Positions 40,646 to 51,633 are shown, counted from the stretch's first letter. The stretch is DNA of 64,000 nucleotides from an uncultured Phycisphaerales bacterium (GCA_963758525.1 CAVWVQ010000003.1:3360001-3424000); one strand, 5' to 3'. Program-made: numbers and translations. Notes: generated by a model from the sequence alone, not told the origin.

Positions 40646-42422
40646 ATGTCGCTGAACACCGACCTGGCTGATCTGTTTGCGAGCTTTGCCGCGATCATGG
40701 AGATCAAAGGGGAGAGTCCGTTCAAGGCGATCGCCTTCTCCAAGGTGGGCCGGATTCTCAAGGATATGACCTTCGATATTCGCAAGGTCTGCGAGGAGGG
40801 GAAGCTCAATCAGATCGAAGGGATCGGCAAATCGAGCTGCGCGATCATCGAGGAGTTTGTCCGCACCGGCAAAAGCACCGATTTCGAGCAGGTGGCCGCG
40901 AGCGTGCCGGCGGGATTGCTCCCGCTGCTGGATATTCCCGGCCTGGGACCCAAGACGATCGCGATGCTGTGGAAACAGCGCGGCGTCACCAACCTCGAAG
41001 AGCTCGTCAAGGCGATCGATTCGGGGCGCTGGCGGGGCTCAAGGGAATCGGCGAGAAGAAAGTCGAGTCGATCAAGCAGGGGATCGCGTTGCGCTCGCAG
41101 GCGTCGCAACGGCTTGGAATCGTCGAGGCGATGACGATCGCGCAGGGGCTGGTGGAACGTCTCCGTCAGCATCCCGATGTCGCGCAGGCGGAGATTGCCG
41201 GGAGCCTTCGCCGTCGGCGGGAGACGATCGGAGACGTCGACCTGATCTGCGCAATGAAGCCAAAGGGATCGGGCCCGGTGGTGTCGGCGGCGTTTGTCGC
41301 GTTTCCCGAGGTTCAGCGCGTGTTGGGGCAGGGGCCGACCAAGGCCAGCGTGCTCACGGCCGGGGGATTGCAGGTCGATCTGCGCATGGTCCCCGCTGAC
41401 AACTTCGGCGCGGCGCTGCTGTATTTCACCGGATCGAAGGATCATAACGTCAAGCTGCGCGGCCGGGCGCAGGACGCCGAGCTGACGCTCAATGAATGGG
41501 GTCTGTACCGCATCAGTGAATACGACAAGGCGGCGAAGAAGACCGCCGAAGCCCCGGCAGTGAAGCCCGTCGCCAGCCGGACGGAAACGGATGTCTACAA
41601 GGCGCTGGGGCTGCCGTACATCGCGCCGGAACTTCGCGAGGGTCGCGGCGAAGTGGAAGCCGCGGCGGGGGGGACGCTTCCGAAACTGATCGAAGCCGCC
41701 GACATCCGCGGCGATCTCCATTCCCACACCACCGCATCCGATGGGTCCGCGACGATCGAGGAAATGGCCGAGGCGGCGCTCGCTCGCGGATATGAATATC
41801 TCGCCATCACCGATCACTCCAAGAGCCAGGTGATCGCCAATGGTCTGACCGCCGAGCGGCTGCTCAAGCACGTCGCCGCGATTCGCAAGATCAGCGGCAA
41901 GCTCCGCGGCATCACGCTCCTGGCCGGTTGCGAGGTGGATATTCTTGCCGACGGGCAGCTTGATTTTGAAGACGCGGTCCTTGCCGAGCTGGATATCGTC
42001 ATCGCCAGCCCGCACATCTCGCTCAAGCAAGATACTGACAAGGCGACCGCCCGGATTCTGGCGCGATCGAAAATCGCTACGTGAATGTCATCGGCCATCC
42101 CACCGGCAGGCTCATCAATCGCCGCGCCGGGCTGCCGCTGCAGTTTGACCGGATCTTCGCAGCCGCGGCGCAGACGGGCACCGCGCTGGAGATCAACGCC
42201 GGCTATCCGCGGCTGGACATCAATGACATTCAGGCCCGCGGCGCGCTGGAGGCCGGCTGCTGGCTCGCGATCGACACTGATGCGCATAGCACCGATGAAC
42301 TTGCGTCGATCGGCTGGGGAATCGACGTCGCCCGGCGTGGCTGGGCATCCCCTTCGCGCGTTCTTAACTGTCTTGGCAAAGAACAGTTGCTGCAGTTTAT
42401 TCAGAAGAAACGCATGAAATAG
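40646..42422 (+). CDS. polX: DNA polymerase X with PHP domain (indels near 41025 and 42065)
   Basis: IPGLGPK, AGSLRRRRETIGDVDL, QVDLR, YFTGSKDHN, LNEWG, DLHSHT, ITDHS, HPTGR, EINA, IDTDAH. Confidence 0.93.
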
Positions 42423-42581
42423 TGAAAGATACGTTGCGAGACTTCTGAAACTGCCCGTAAACGGACCACCCCGTTGCGGCGTAGGGAATAAGCGGGCATC
42501 ATCGGCGTTAGGGTTTCGGGTTCACTTCAGCTTCATCTGTGGTGGGCGGGAGCCTTTTGTCCGCACATTGGGAAAGTTGAG

Positions 42582-44285
42582 ATGGGTATCAGCAAGTGTG
42601 CTATCGCTCTGTTCGGCGCCATTCTGTGCGGCGGCGCGTGCGTCGCGGATGCAGCGCCGCCAAAAGAAATCAGCGCGCGTTCGCTGACCGCGCTGATGGA
42701 CCAGGGCGAACAGGCGCTGCTGGCCAAGGATTACAAGGCGGCCCGCAACGCATTCTCCGATGTGCTTTCCGCCGACCCCCGCAACAAAATGGCGCTCGAA
42801 GGCGCGACGTTCGCCTACTTCGAGCTCGACGACTACATTCACTCCAAAGCCTATCTCGAAAGGGCGATGGCCCTCTCGCCTCATCCGACTCACCGCTCGG
42901 CGATTATCGGGGCGTCTGTTTATCTGCGCACCAAAAATCCCATGCGGGCCGTCCGGCTGCTGATCGAATACATGACGCCGATGACCTCGGTTGATGAATC
43001 CGCCCTTGACGCACTGGCGGTGGCGCTGAATCAAACCGACGATCAAGCCCGCAAAGGCAGGCTCTACGCCGACGCAGTCAGTTTCTACGCGGCGCAGACG
43101 AAGAAGCTGGAGCTGAAGAATCCAGGTCTGAAGCGGTGGGGGACCGAGTGGCTCCCCGCCGATCAGGCAGATCAGAAGATTGCCGCCTGGAACGCGACTC
43201 AGGCGGCCACCACCAAGCTCGGGCGTGAACTGGCGGCGCTCAAGGCCCACCTTGCCATGGTGGTGCGAAATCAGAATGATCCCGGCTTCATCCAGCGCAT
43301 GGAGATTCAGAACTATACCCGACCGCTGAACGTCGATCCGATGGACGAGTTGAACCTCTCCAAGCTACAGCCCGAAGTTGACGCCAAACAGGCCGCGTAC
43401 GACAAGGCCATGCAGGCCGTCGAGCACCCGCCCGTTGCCGATTCGATCGATCCTGCCAGCATCGACGTCGAAACGGCCAGTGCGCTGGCGAGCGCGCGCG
43501 GGGCAGTTGACCCCGGCGGCGCGGCTGCCGATTCATCGCCCCAGAGCGCGGAGACCCCGTCACCCAAACCCAGGACGGCTCGCAAACCGTCGCCGGCCAC
43601 CACTCCCGTCCAGGTTGCAACCGCGACACCGCCCGATGGCGCCACACCGGCGCCGGCTTCCACCCCCGGCGACGCGCCGGCTCCCGCGGATCCAAATCCG
43701 CCGGCCGCCCCGCCGGACAGCGACGCTGCGCCGAAGAAGACCTATCGCGTGACGTCGTATGCCGCTGCCTTTCCAGTGGGCGCGGATCTGCTGGTCACCG
43801 CCGCCGAGGCCGTTGCGGACGCCACGGAAATTCAAGTGCAGGTCGCCGATGGCGCAGCATTTTCAGCGACGGTGGTTCGCAGCGATCCACAAAGCGGCCT
43901 GGCGCTGCTGCGAGTGCCGACGGCGAAGTTCGCCTGGCTGAATCTTGCGGATCATTTCAGCGGAGGGACCATCTCCTGCGTCAGCTTCCCCGGCGTCGAT
44001 CTATTTCAACCGGCCGCGACAGCCATTGCCGGATCGGCGGTTGCCCCCAAATCGCCCTGGCACGTCCGCCTTTCCGAAACCCCCCGGCTGGGTGGGGGGC
44101 CGCTGCTGGCCGATGGGAAAGTCGTGGGCGTGGAACTCGCGATCCGCGACTCGGAGCTCGGCGCAATTCCGGCGGTCACCCTCGACGATCTGAAGAAGTT
44201 CCTCGCCGCCGATCTGATCCCCGGCGGCACCGCCAGCGATGCTGTCGCGGCGACCGTCCAGCTCACTGCAACCCGGGAAAAGTAG
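42582..44285 (+). CDS. Secreted TPR-like protein with C-terminal degenerate trypsin-like domain
   Basis: Signal peptide; GEQALLAKDYKAA..AF TPR-like helices; Pro/Ala linker; LLVTAAEAV..DPQSGLALLRV..GGGPLLADGKVVGV. Confidence 0.7.
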   Translation: MGISKCAIALFGAILCGGACVADAAPPKEISARSLTALMDQGEQALLAKDYKAARNAFSDVLSADPRNKMALEGATFAYFELDDYIHSKAYLERAMALSPHPTHRSAIIGASVYLRTKNPMRAVRLLIEYMTPMTSVDESALDALAVALNQTDDQARKGRLYADAVSFYAAQTKKLELKNPGLKRWGTEWLPADQADQKIAAWNATQAATTKLGRELAALKAHLAMVVRNQNDPGFIQRMEIQNYTRPLNVDPMDELNLSKLQPEVDAKQAAYDKAMQAVEHPPVADSIDPASIDVETASALASARGAVDPGGAAADSSPQSAETPSPKPRTARKPSPATTPVQVATATPPDGATPAPASTPGDAPAPADPNPPAAPPDSDAAPKKTYRVTSYAAAFPVGADLLVTAAEAVADATEIQVQVADGAAFSATVVRSDPQSGLALLRVPTAKFAWLNLADHFSGGTISCVSFPGVDLFQPAATAIAGSAVAPKSPWHVRLSETPRLGGGPLLADGKVVGVELAIRDSELGAIPAVTLDDLKKFLAADLIPGGTASDAVAATVQLTATREK

Positions 44286-44454
44286 CTTATCGCGCGCCCG
44301 TGACACTCCCGCGAGTTACGTGCCGACGAGTCGAGGCGTAATATCATGTTCGTAGCCGCGGATCTACATCCGCGGCTCTTTACGCGAGTCCTCGTACCAG
44401 ACCCGGCGTAGTGAGCGATTCTGAGGTCCTCAGACTGCTTCTTGACGCAGCTTT

Positions 44455-47406
44455 ATGGCGACCATTCTGACCTGCCCATCTTGCGGAAAGCGTTCCAAGG
44501 TCGCCAGCCAGGCGCCGGGGTCGGCGGTGCGATGCCCCCATTGCACGGCAGTGATGAAGGTTCCCGGCGAAGCGCCGCCTGTTGCCGCGACTGCGACCGC
44601 GTCGGTGGCGCGTGCGCCTGCAATCGTTCCGCCCATTGTCGCGAGTCCGGCGGCGCCGCCGCTGCTGGAGCAGTTGCCGCCGGCTCCGCAGGTGCAGGCG
44701 CCGGGATTCATTTGCTCCGTCTGCGAAGGATCCTTTCCAATCGACCAGGTTTATGATCAGAACGGCTCGATCATCTGCGAGGCATGTCACGCCGCTGGTG
44801 CGAGCTTGCCGGCCGATTCCGAAGAAGCCGATCCCGGAAGTTTTCCAGTAGTTCCCAGCCTATCGACTCTCGTGATCGAGCCCGCGACCGATGAGGCCCC
44901 GCCGCCGTGGCAGCAAGCGCCCGCCGCTGGCGTCGTAGGGGTCGCCGCTGAGTCACAGGAGACGGTCGCGCCGCAGGAGCCTGATGCCGTTGACAGTGAC
45001 TTGGCGGATCTGAGCGCCACTCCCCGGTCCGGTCCGCGCGTGAGGCGTCCGCCGTTCTGGAAGAGGATGTCGCCGACGCAGCTCGTCGTCGCCGGATCGT
45101 GCGCCTTCTTGCTGACCTGCGTCCTCACCTATGTCATCACGCGCTACGGCGGCGCGCGGCCCCGCGCTGACATCTCTCCTTCCGCTCCGGTGGTCTCCAA
45201 TCCGAGCACTCCGCCCGATACGTCCGTCGGCGGTCCCGATCAGTCGATGTCGGAATGGGAAAAGAGGAACGCGCCGCGCCTCTCCCAATGGCGCAGCACC
45301 GCCAAGTCAATGGAAGTGTCCGGCGACCTGGCCGGCGCGCAGTTGCTCTACCAGAAAATGCTGCTGCTCTCCAAGGCCCCGGGCGCCACGCTGCAGAATG
45401 CTGGCGTCGTCGCGATGCTCGGCGATGCGCAGACAAGCTTTGACGCAATCACCCGCAAGATCGGTCCCCCGCCCGCGCCGCTGGCGGTTGCGCCGCCGCC
45501 GCTCACACCGGCGCCGGTGCAGACTTCTTCGGTGACTCCCGGCGACAGCTCGACGCAGCCCGTTGCTCTGCCGCCCGAATCTCCGGCGACAACTCCCGCG
45601 GCCACCGCGCCACCAGCGCCGCCAGCGCCGGCCGCGCCGGCGCAAATTGCCGATGACGGGGTCAATTGGGAACCGGCGCATCACGACCAGTTGCTGCAAC
45701 TCTCCGCCGATGCCGGGTTGCTCGAGAAGCAGCAGCACCCCGTCGCCGCACTGGCGAAATTGCAGGAATTGCTGCAGCTGGTCAGCAATCACCGCACTGC
45801 GCTGACCGATCCACAACTGAAAAGCACCGTGGCGGCTGCCGAAGAATCGCGCAAACGGCTCCTGGTGTTCGCCCGCGATTCCGATGAGGCGCGCGCCATC
45901 ACCGCGCGTTCGCTGCTCGCCGCCGGGCTCAAAGCCGAGAACCAGAAGAAGTGGAAGACGGCCCTGGATTCCTTGTCGGACGCAAGCCATCTGATCGGGT
46001 CGATGCTCAAGCCGGTGCAGCGATACCGCGATCCCCTCTATCTGACGTCGCTGAACGCGACCGCGGTCGCCTACATGAACCTGAAGCTGAACCAGCGCAC
46101 CGGCGAGCTGTTTTCCGACGACGAACCGCTCGGCCGCGCGTCGCTGGCGATGAATTCGCCGTCGCGCGATCTGGTCTGGAATCGCGCGGTGAACGACCTG
46201 ACGCAGAAGTTCAATATCATGCGCTCTGTGAAAATGCTGCACGAATACATGGACCAGCACACCGAACCCGACGAGCCGCTGATGAATCTGCTCGGCACCG
46301 TGCTGTTCGTTGCCGACGAAAGCAATCCCGTCAATCGCAAGGTGCTCGACGACGGGATCGGGTTTTACGGCCAGCGCACGATGGATCTGGAAAAGACGCG
46401 CCCCGGGGAACGGCGCTGGGGAATTCAATGGCTACCCGAGGCCGATGCGCAGGCAAAGTTCGATCAATACAACAAGTCGCTGGACGCCTATGCGGAAGCG
46501 GTGCGCGTGAAAACCGCCGCCGATACGCATCTGAAAGACCTGCAGAACTCGCAGCACGCGAGCGTCGGCCGGGCGACCGCGGCGCAGATCACCGCCGCCA
46601 AAGCGTCGGTTGCCGCCGCGATCGCCGGCGTGAAACGCGCGCACGATGCCATTCCCCGCCCGCCCTGGCTGACGGACGTTGAGCCGATCGTTCCCAAGAT
46701 TGATACCGGTGCGCTGCTCGCCGTCGGTCCAACCAGCGCGCCCGCTCCCGCGAGTCCCGGGCCCTCAGGCCCTGTCGCCGTGCCGGCGTCCCCGCTGGCT
46801 GCGGTTGCTCCCGCTTCCCAACCAGCCGTCGACGTCGCGGTGCCGCCCGCTCCCGAGGCGCGCTACGCGGCGGCGTTCCCCGTCGATAAAACGCATCTCG
46901 TGACCGCCGCCGAACCTCTGGGAAGCGCAACGACTGCCAAGATAGAGGACACCAGCGGCGGCGTGATGACCGCCAAAGTCGTCGCCAGATCCGATCGCCT
47001 GGCGCTGCTGGAGATTTCGTCGGCGGACGCGAGCGCGCCGCTCAAATTCCTGACCCTCGCCACCGATTTCACCGGCGGCCCCGTTCAATGCGCCGCGATC
47101 CCGCAGGCAAATGTGTTCGGCCCAACCATGGCGCTTCTCTCTGCCGACGCGCCCGTGCCCAGCAGGTCTGCCTGGTGGGTCAATCTGAGCGATCATCCGC
47201 GTCTTCCCGGTTCGCCGTTGCTCAATGCCCAGAACGAAGTGATCGGCGTGGAAGTCGCCGCCCGCGACGACGCGCGGCAGAAGATCCCCGCCGTCACGCT
47301 CGACGACCTGCGCAAATTCCTTGAGGCCAATCACGTCGTCTCCGTCGCTTCGGGCGCGAAGGGGGACCCCAATGTCGTCGCACAGGTCACCGCGGAATCA
47401 GAGTAA
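44455..47406 (+). CDS. Membrane-anchored paralogue: Zn-ribbon, TM helix, helical region, degenerate trypsin-like domain
   Basis: CPSC..CPHC and CSVC..CEAC; TM LVVAGSCAFLLTCVLTYVI; HLVTAAEPL..LALLEI..PGSPLLNAQNEVIGV. Confidence 0.7.
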   Translation: MATILTCPSCGKRSKVASQAPGSAVRCPHCTAVMKVPGEAPPVAATATASVARAPAIVPPIVASPAAPPLLEQLPPAPQVQAPGFICSVCEGSFPIDQVYDQNGSIICEACHAAGASLPADSEEADPGSFPVVPSLSTLVIEPATDEAPPPWQQAPAAGVVGVAAESQETVAPQEPDAVDSDLADLSATPRSGPRVRRPPFWKRMSPTQLVVAGSCAFLLTCVLTYVITRYGGARPRADISPSAPVVSNPSTPPDTSVGGPDQSMSEWEKRNAPRLSQWRSTAKSMEVSGDLAGAQLLYQKMLLLSKAPGATLQNAGVVAMLGDAQTSFDAITRKIGPPPAPLAVAPPPLTPAPVQTSSVTPGDSSTQPVALPPESPATTPAATAPPAPPAPAAPAQIADDGVNWEPAHHDQLLQLSADAGLLEKQQHPVAALAKLQELLQLVSNHRTALTDPQLKSTVAAAEESRKRLLVFARDSDEARAITARSLLAAGLKAENQKKWKTALDSLSDASHLIGSMLKPVQRYRDPLYLTSLNATAVAYMNLKLNQRTGELFSDDEPLGRASLAMNSPSRDLVWNRAVNDLTQKFNIMRSVKMLHEYMDQHTEPDEPLMNLLGTVLFVADESNPVNRKVLDDGIGFYGQRTMDLEKTRPGERRWGIQWLPEADAQAKFDQYNKSLDAYAEAVRVKTAADTHLKDLQNSQHASVGRATAAQITAAKASVAAAIAGVKRAHDAIPRPPWLTDVEPIVPKIDTGALLAVGPTSAPAPASPGPSGPVAVPASPLAAVAPASQPAVDVAVPPAPEARYAAAFPVDKTHLVTAAEPLGSATTAKIEDTSGGVMTAKVVARSDRLALLEISSADASAPLKFLTLATDFTGGPVQCAAIPQANVFGPTMALLSADAPVPSRSAWWVNLSDHPRLPGSPLLNAQNEVIGVEVAARDDARQKIPAVTLDDLRKFLEANHVVSVASGAKGDPNVVAQVTAESE

Positions 47407-47819
47407 AAAGAAAAACGGACCGAAGGGGAGCCACTTCCCTCGGCCCGGCACTGAATTTCAAATTGCTGCTCAACAAGATAATCGGGTTTCGCGACGCGTC
47501 AATACCGTGGCTGCTGCGTGGCTGCTCCGCAGCGTCGCGCGGGTGTCGCCGGGAATTCAGTTGCCCCGGAAATGCGCGCATGCGCAGCGGGGGCTTTCAC
47601 TTCGTCCATTGAGCTTCTCTTTGCCTTGCGATCATCCTTGTTCATCCGCTCTTTCAAGCCGCATCGTCTCTCGGTCCGATAAATGAACGGTGCGCCGGGC
47701 GCGGACGGCTCAGGTGCAGGCGAATCGAGCCGATAGCTTCAGTGTGGTGCACCCCGGCGGCGACGAACGTGGTGCGCCGGACGCCCGGTAAGAAATGGAT
47801 CGCTTCACGGATGAGGCAG

Positions 47820-48488
47820 ATGCGCGGCACGTGGAACCGACTGCTGATCGTGGCGCTTGCCGGCTTGTGGATGACGGCCGGATGCGAGGAGCCGCCAAAG
47901 CCTTATGGCACGGAGGTGCGCCTTCGTCTGGTTGCGCCGGTACGGCAAGTGTGGGCGGTTGCGCCCGCGGTCAATCTCAGCGGGCAACGCGATGTCGATC
48001 CGCTGCTCCAGGCCGACTGCGTCTATCAGCAGCTTCAGGAAATCGACGGGCTGACGATCGTGCCCGTCAATCGGGTGGTGGAAGTATACGCCGGGCTGAA
48101 AATCGACGGCGTGAAGTCGCCGGAGCAGGCGGCGGAAGTGTGTCAGTTGCTCAAGTGCGATGCGCTGGTGGTGCCCACGGTGACGGCGTTTGATCCGTAC
48201 AACCCGCCGAGGCTCGGCGCCGCGCTGCAGTTGTTCCAGGCGACGCCGAACACGGCAAGCGACGGGCCGCCGCGGCCGGCGGTCTTTTTTCAGGCGGTCG
48301 GCATGTACGACGCGGCCAACGGATCGGTCCGCGCCAAGTTGCTCGCCTACGCGGCGGGCCGCAACGATCCGAAGAGTCCCCTGGGACCGCGGGAATATCT
48401 GGAAAGCATGGAGCGGTATTGCGGGTTTGTCTACAACATGCTCGCCGCCGACCTGCTGAAGCAATTAAATCAACAACCGCCCGTGTGA
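47820..48488 (+). CDS. Putative lipoprotein
   Basis: Hydrophobic leader ending MTAG-C; VWAVAP.VNLSG..VDP, VTAFDPYNPPRLG. Confidence 0.65.
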   Translation: MRGTWNRLLIVALAGLWMTAGCEEPPKPYGTEVRLRLVAPVRQVWAVAPAVNLSGQRDVDPLLQADCVYQQLQEIDGLTIVPVNRVVEVYAGLKIDGVKSPEQAAEVCQLLKCDALVVPTVTAFDPYNPPRLGAALQLFQATPNTASDGPPRPAVFFQAVGMYDAANGSVRAKLLAYAAGRNDPKSPLGPREYLESMERYCGFVYNMLAADLLKQLNQQPPV

Positions 48489-48558
48489 AGACGGGCGCCG
48501 CGCTTGGTTGGCACAAGCGCAAGTGAAATTCGCAGTTGAGTCAACCGGAGAGAGAAAG

Positions 48559-48777
48559 ATGACGGACATCAAGACGCTGAGCCTGATGAAGGGCAAGCAA
48601 CACTTCTGCTTTCGCTATCAGCCGGGCGATGAAGCGCACGTGCTGGATGCGCTGGTGGAGATGGTGAATCGGCGCGAGTTGAGCTTCGATTGGTTTGACG
48701 CCGCGGTCATGTCTCATCAGCTCGGTCAGCATTTAGCCAAAGAATTGAAGGCATATTTGCCGAAGAAAGCGGCATAA
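48559..48777 (+). CDS. Small hypothetical protein upstream of xerC
   Basis: GGAG-rich RBS; LSLMKG..F.F.Y....LSFDWFDAAVMS. Confidence 0.7.
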   Translation: MTDIKTLSLMKGKQHFCFRYQPGDEAHVLDALVEMVNRRELSFDWFDAAVMSHQLGQHLAKELKAYLPKKAA

Positions 48778-49017
48778 GAAACGATTCGGGCTTTCGGACG
48801 TAGCTGCGAGGCGGACAACGAAACGAGGATGAGGCCGAACGACCGGCCGCATCCGAGTTACGCGCCGCCTGCAAGATGTAAGCATGTCCTGTGGGGCGCT
48901 GATCGCTTTTTACGCCGATCGTGTGACGAGGATCGTCCCACATAGTGGGCCACCGGAAACGCCGGCCGCGTGGCAGTCATCCCTGGTCTGGACCTTCGCA
49001 CTCCGCGACCGGTTTTT

Positions 49018-50076
49018 ATGAACATCGCAACAGCCCTTCCTACCGCGGCTCCCGTTCCCAAACAGTTTTCACCACTGGTCACCCAGTTCCTTGACTACCT
49101 GCATCTGGAGAAACACTTCTCCGATTACACGGTCAAGAGCTACGGGGCTGACCTCATACAATTCGGTCAGTTCCTCTCGGGACAGATCGGCAACCCCGCC
49201 GGCGCTCAGCCCAGGATGACCGGCGGCGAAATCGATCAGAAGCAGCTCAGCTGTGAGCCGCTGACGATCCGCGAATTTCTCGCGTATCTCTACGGACAGA
49301 ACTACACGAAGAGCACCACCGCCCGCAAACTGGCGACGCTGCGCAGCTTCTACAAGTTTCTGATCCGTCGCGGCCTGGTGAGCGTGAACCCGCTCTCGAC
49401 GATCCGCACGCCCAAGCAGGAAAAGCGCCTCCCGCGATGCCTTGATCTCGAACAGGTGCAGAAGCTCCTCGACGCCCCCGGGGACGCGGACATTCTCGCC
49501 GCCCGCGACAAGGCGATGCTCGAAGTGCTCTACTCCAGCGGCATCCGCGTCAGCGAACTGGTCGAGCTGGAGATGGCCGACATGGATCTGCAGGAGGGCG
49601 TTCTCCGCGTCCGCGGCAAGGGCCGCAAGGACCGCCTCACGCCGATCGGCAGCCAGGCGATCAAGGCCGTGCAGCGTTACTTCGAGTTGCGCAGCAGCGA
49701 GCCCAAGTGCCAGGGCGCGGCGGCCAATCGCGTCTTCCTCAACAAGCACGGCGAAGCGCTCAGCACGCGCTCCGTCCGCCGCAAGCTCGACAAGTATCTC
49801 GTCGCCGCCGGGCTGGATCCCGGCATCAGTCCGCACACGCTGCGCCATAGTTTTGCCACGCACCTCTTGAATAACGGCGCGGACCTCCGCAGCGTGCAGG
49901 AATTGCTCGGGCATCAGAGCCTGAGCACGACGCAGATCTACACGCACCTGTCGAGCAACCGGATGAAGGAAGTCTACGACTCGGCGCATCCGCGAGCCGG
50001 CGCCCGGCGATTCCGCATCCAGCAGTTGCGCAACATGCCGCAGAACACCGGCATGTACCCCGCCAAAGCCGGCTGA
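49018..50076 (+). CDS. xerC: Tyrosine recombinase XerC
   Basis: LYSSGIRVSEL, GKGRKDR, HTLRHSFATHLL.NGADLRSVQELLGH.SLSTTQIYTH, YDSAHPRA. Confidence 0.9.
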   Translation: MNIATALPTAAPVPKQFSPLVTQFLDYLHLEKHFSDYTVKSYGADLIQFGQFLSGQIGNPAGAQPRMTGGEIDQKQLSCEPLTIREFLAYLYGQNYTKSTTARKLATLRSFYKFLIRRGLVSVNPLSTIRTPKQEKRLPRCLDLEQVQKLLDAPGDADILAARDKAMLEVLYSSGIRVSELVELEMADMDLQEGVLRVRGKGRKDRLTPIGSQAIKAVQRYFELRSSEPKCQGAAANRVFLNKHGEALSTRSVRRKLDKYLVAAGLDPGISPHTLRHSFATHLLNNGADLRSVQELLGHQSLSTTQIYTHLSSNRMKEVYDSAHPRAGARRFRIQQLRNMPQNTGMYPAKAG

Positions 50077-50158
50077 ACTCGAAGTTTTAGGAGCGACTCC
50101 CGCGCAGTTGCGAACGCTCAAAAGAAAGCCGCCGGCTCTGCCGGCGGGCATTGCTCCG

Positions 50159-50187
50159 AACGGCCCCGCCTCGCGCGGGGCCGTTTT
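50159..50187. terminator. Probable intrinsic terminator between convergent xerC and M50 genes
   Basis: AACGGCCCCGC-loop-GCGGGGCCGTTTT. Confidence 0.55.
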
Positions 50188-50249
50188 CATCCGATCGCGA
50201 ATCTGCAGCGGTGACCCCCAGGACGACCGAGCCCACAATCGCGCAACAC

Positions 50250-51290
50250 TCACTTCGACCGCTGTCGCTCCGTCGCTTTGCACAGCGCCCGGCGCTCCAT
50301 CCAATTCAACGATTGCATTCCGTGAGCATGCACTTTCTCCAGAATTGAATCGATGTTCTCCTGCTCGCGTCTGGCGGCGGCGGCTTTTTTCACGGCGCTT
50401 CGGGAGGCCCAGCGGGACTTGCGACGCGCGGAAGTCGGCTGCGCCGATTCATAAGCCGCAGCGCTGAACGCATACGACTCCTCCAGTGCGCCGCCGGCGA
50501 GTTCTCTGCGCTTGCTATAGCTACTGGCAAATAACAGTGCCCAGTAGATCATCCCCATCACATTCACCGTGTAGAGGGAGTAGAGACACATCGGGCCGGC
50601 GACGATCATTCCCACGATGCAGGTGACGTTGATCTGCGCGAGCGGGAGAGCCAGGGCCAGAGGATTGACTCGAGCAGAAATCCGCCGTCGTACCAGTAGA
50701 ACGGAAGCAGGTTGATGAGGATCAGTCCGATATTTAGTTGCAGCGAGAGAAACAGCAGGTATGCCACGATCGCGGCAAACGGATTGCTGACGATAGGGGC
50801 AGCGCCGAACTGTGCGCCGAGCGGGTTCCAGGATATCTCGCCGAGGATCGAGCCCAGATGCATCGAATACAGCGCCGCAGCGCAACCGCCGGCGATGATC
50901 AGATGGACGAGAATTCCTCCAACGTGAGCGAAAAAAGAGGCCCATGGATCGGGCGGGACGGTGGGGTGAACCAGCCCGCCCGCAGGCCACAGGATGAATT
51001 CATCGAGTGATCCGCCCACACGCTGCGCAGATGCGATGCCCGAAATCGTGCAGGATCAGAAACGCGATCAGCAATCCGGCTTGCACAAAGAAGAGCAGCG
51101 GCTCTCCCGCATGCATGTCGCCAAACAGCATCAATGCCAGAACAAGAAGCAGGAAAAAGTTGAGGCGGACCGGCACCCCAAACCATCTCCCGAAGGGGAC
51201 GGTGAAGCCGAAAAACAGCGAGGGATTTCCGAGGTATTCGCCGCCGGAACCTCCACCGCCGCGGTTATAGTCGCGATTTTCCCAAGCCAT
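50250..51290 (-). CDS. Site-2 protease (M50)-like membrane protein with short C-terminal helical domain (indels near 51020 and 50650)
   Basis: MAWENRDY, ILHDFGH, ILWPAGGL, INLLPFYWYDGG, IDSILEKVHAHGMQSL. Confidence 0.75.
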
Positions 51291-51560
51291 GTGTTACCGA
51301 GCAGACGATAGCCGGGCCGCGGAGGGTTCTCAATTCCCCATTCAACGCGCTATGGCAAACGACTAGGGAAGCTGTTGCGATAATGCTCGGCGCTGCAACT
51401 TCGCGTGATCACCCCGGGTGCGAACCACGCAGGCCGTTCTCAGTCTCGCAAGCTCGTCGCTGACACGCCGAACGCCGAGGGTGCTCGCACCCTCGGTTTC
51501 CCGACGACATCGCGGAAATCCCTGAAATTATCGGACAACGCTCGATGCACCCGGCGCCAA

Positions 51561-51588
51561 TTGCATCCGGGGGTGGTTTCCCGATAAT
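51561..51588 (+). promoter_or_regulatory. Candidate sigma70 promoter for mdh
   Basis: TTGCAT-16 nt-GATAAT; AAGGA RBS downstream. Confidence 0.4.
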
Positions 51589-51633
51589 CGGGAGGGCCGG
51601 AGTGAGCAGCGGTTGGCAGGAAAGGACTTAGCC

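Noticed and set aside
49018..50076. Prophage or island integrase
   Set aside because: Motifs and the HPRA tail fit chromosomal XerC; there are no phage genes, tRNA or att repeats nearby.
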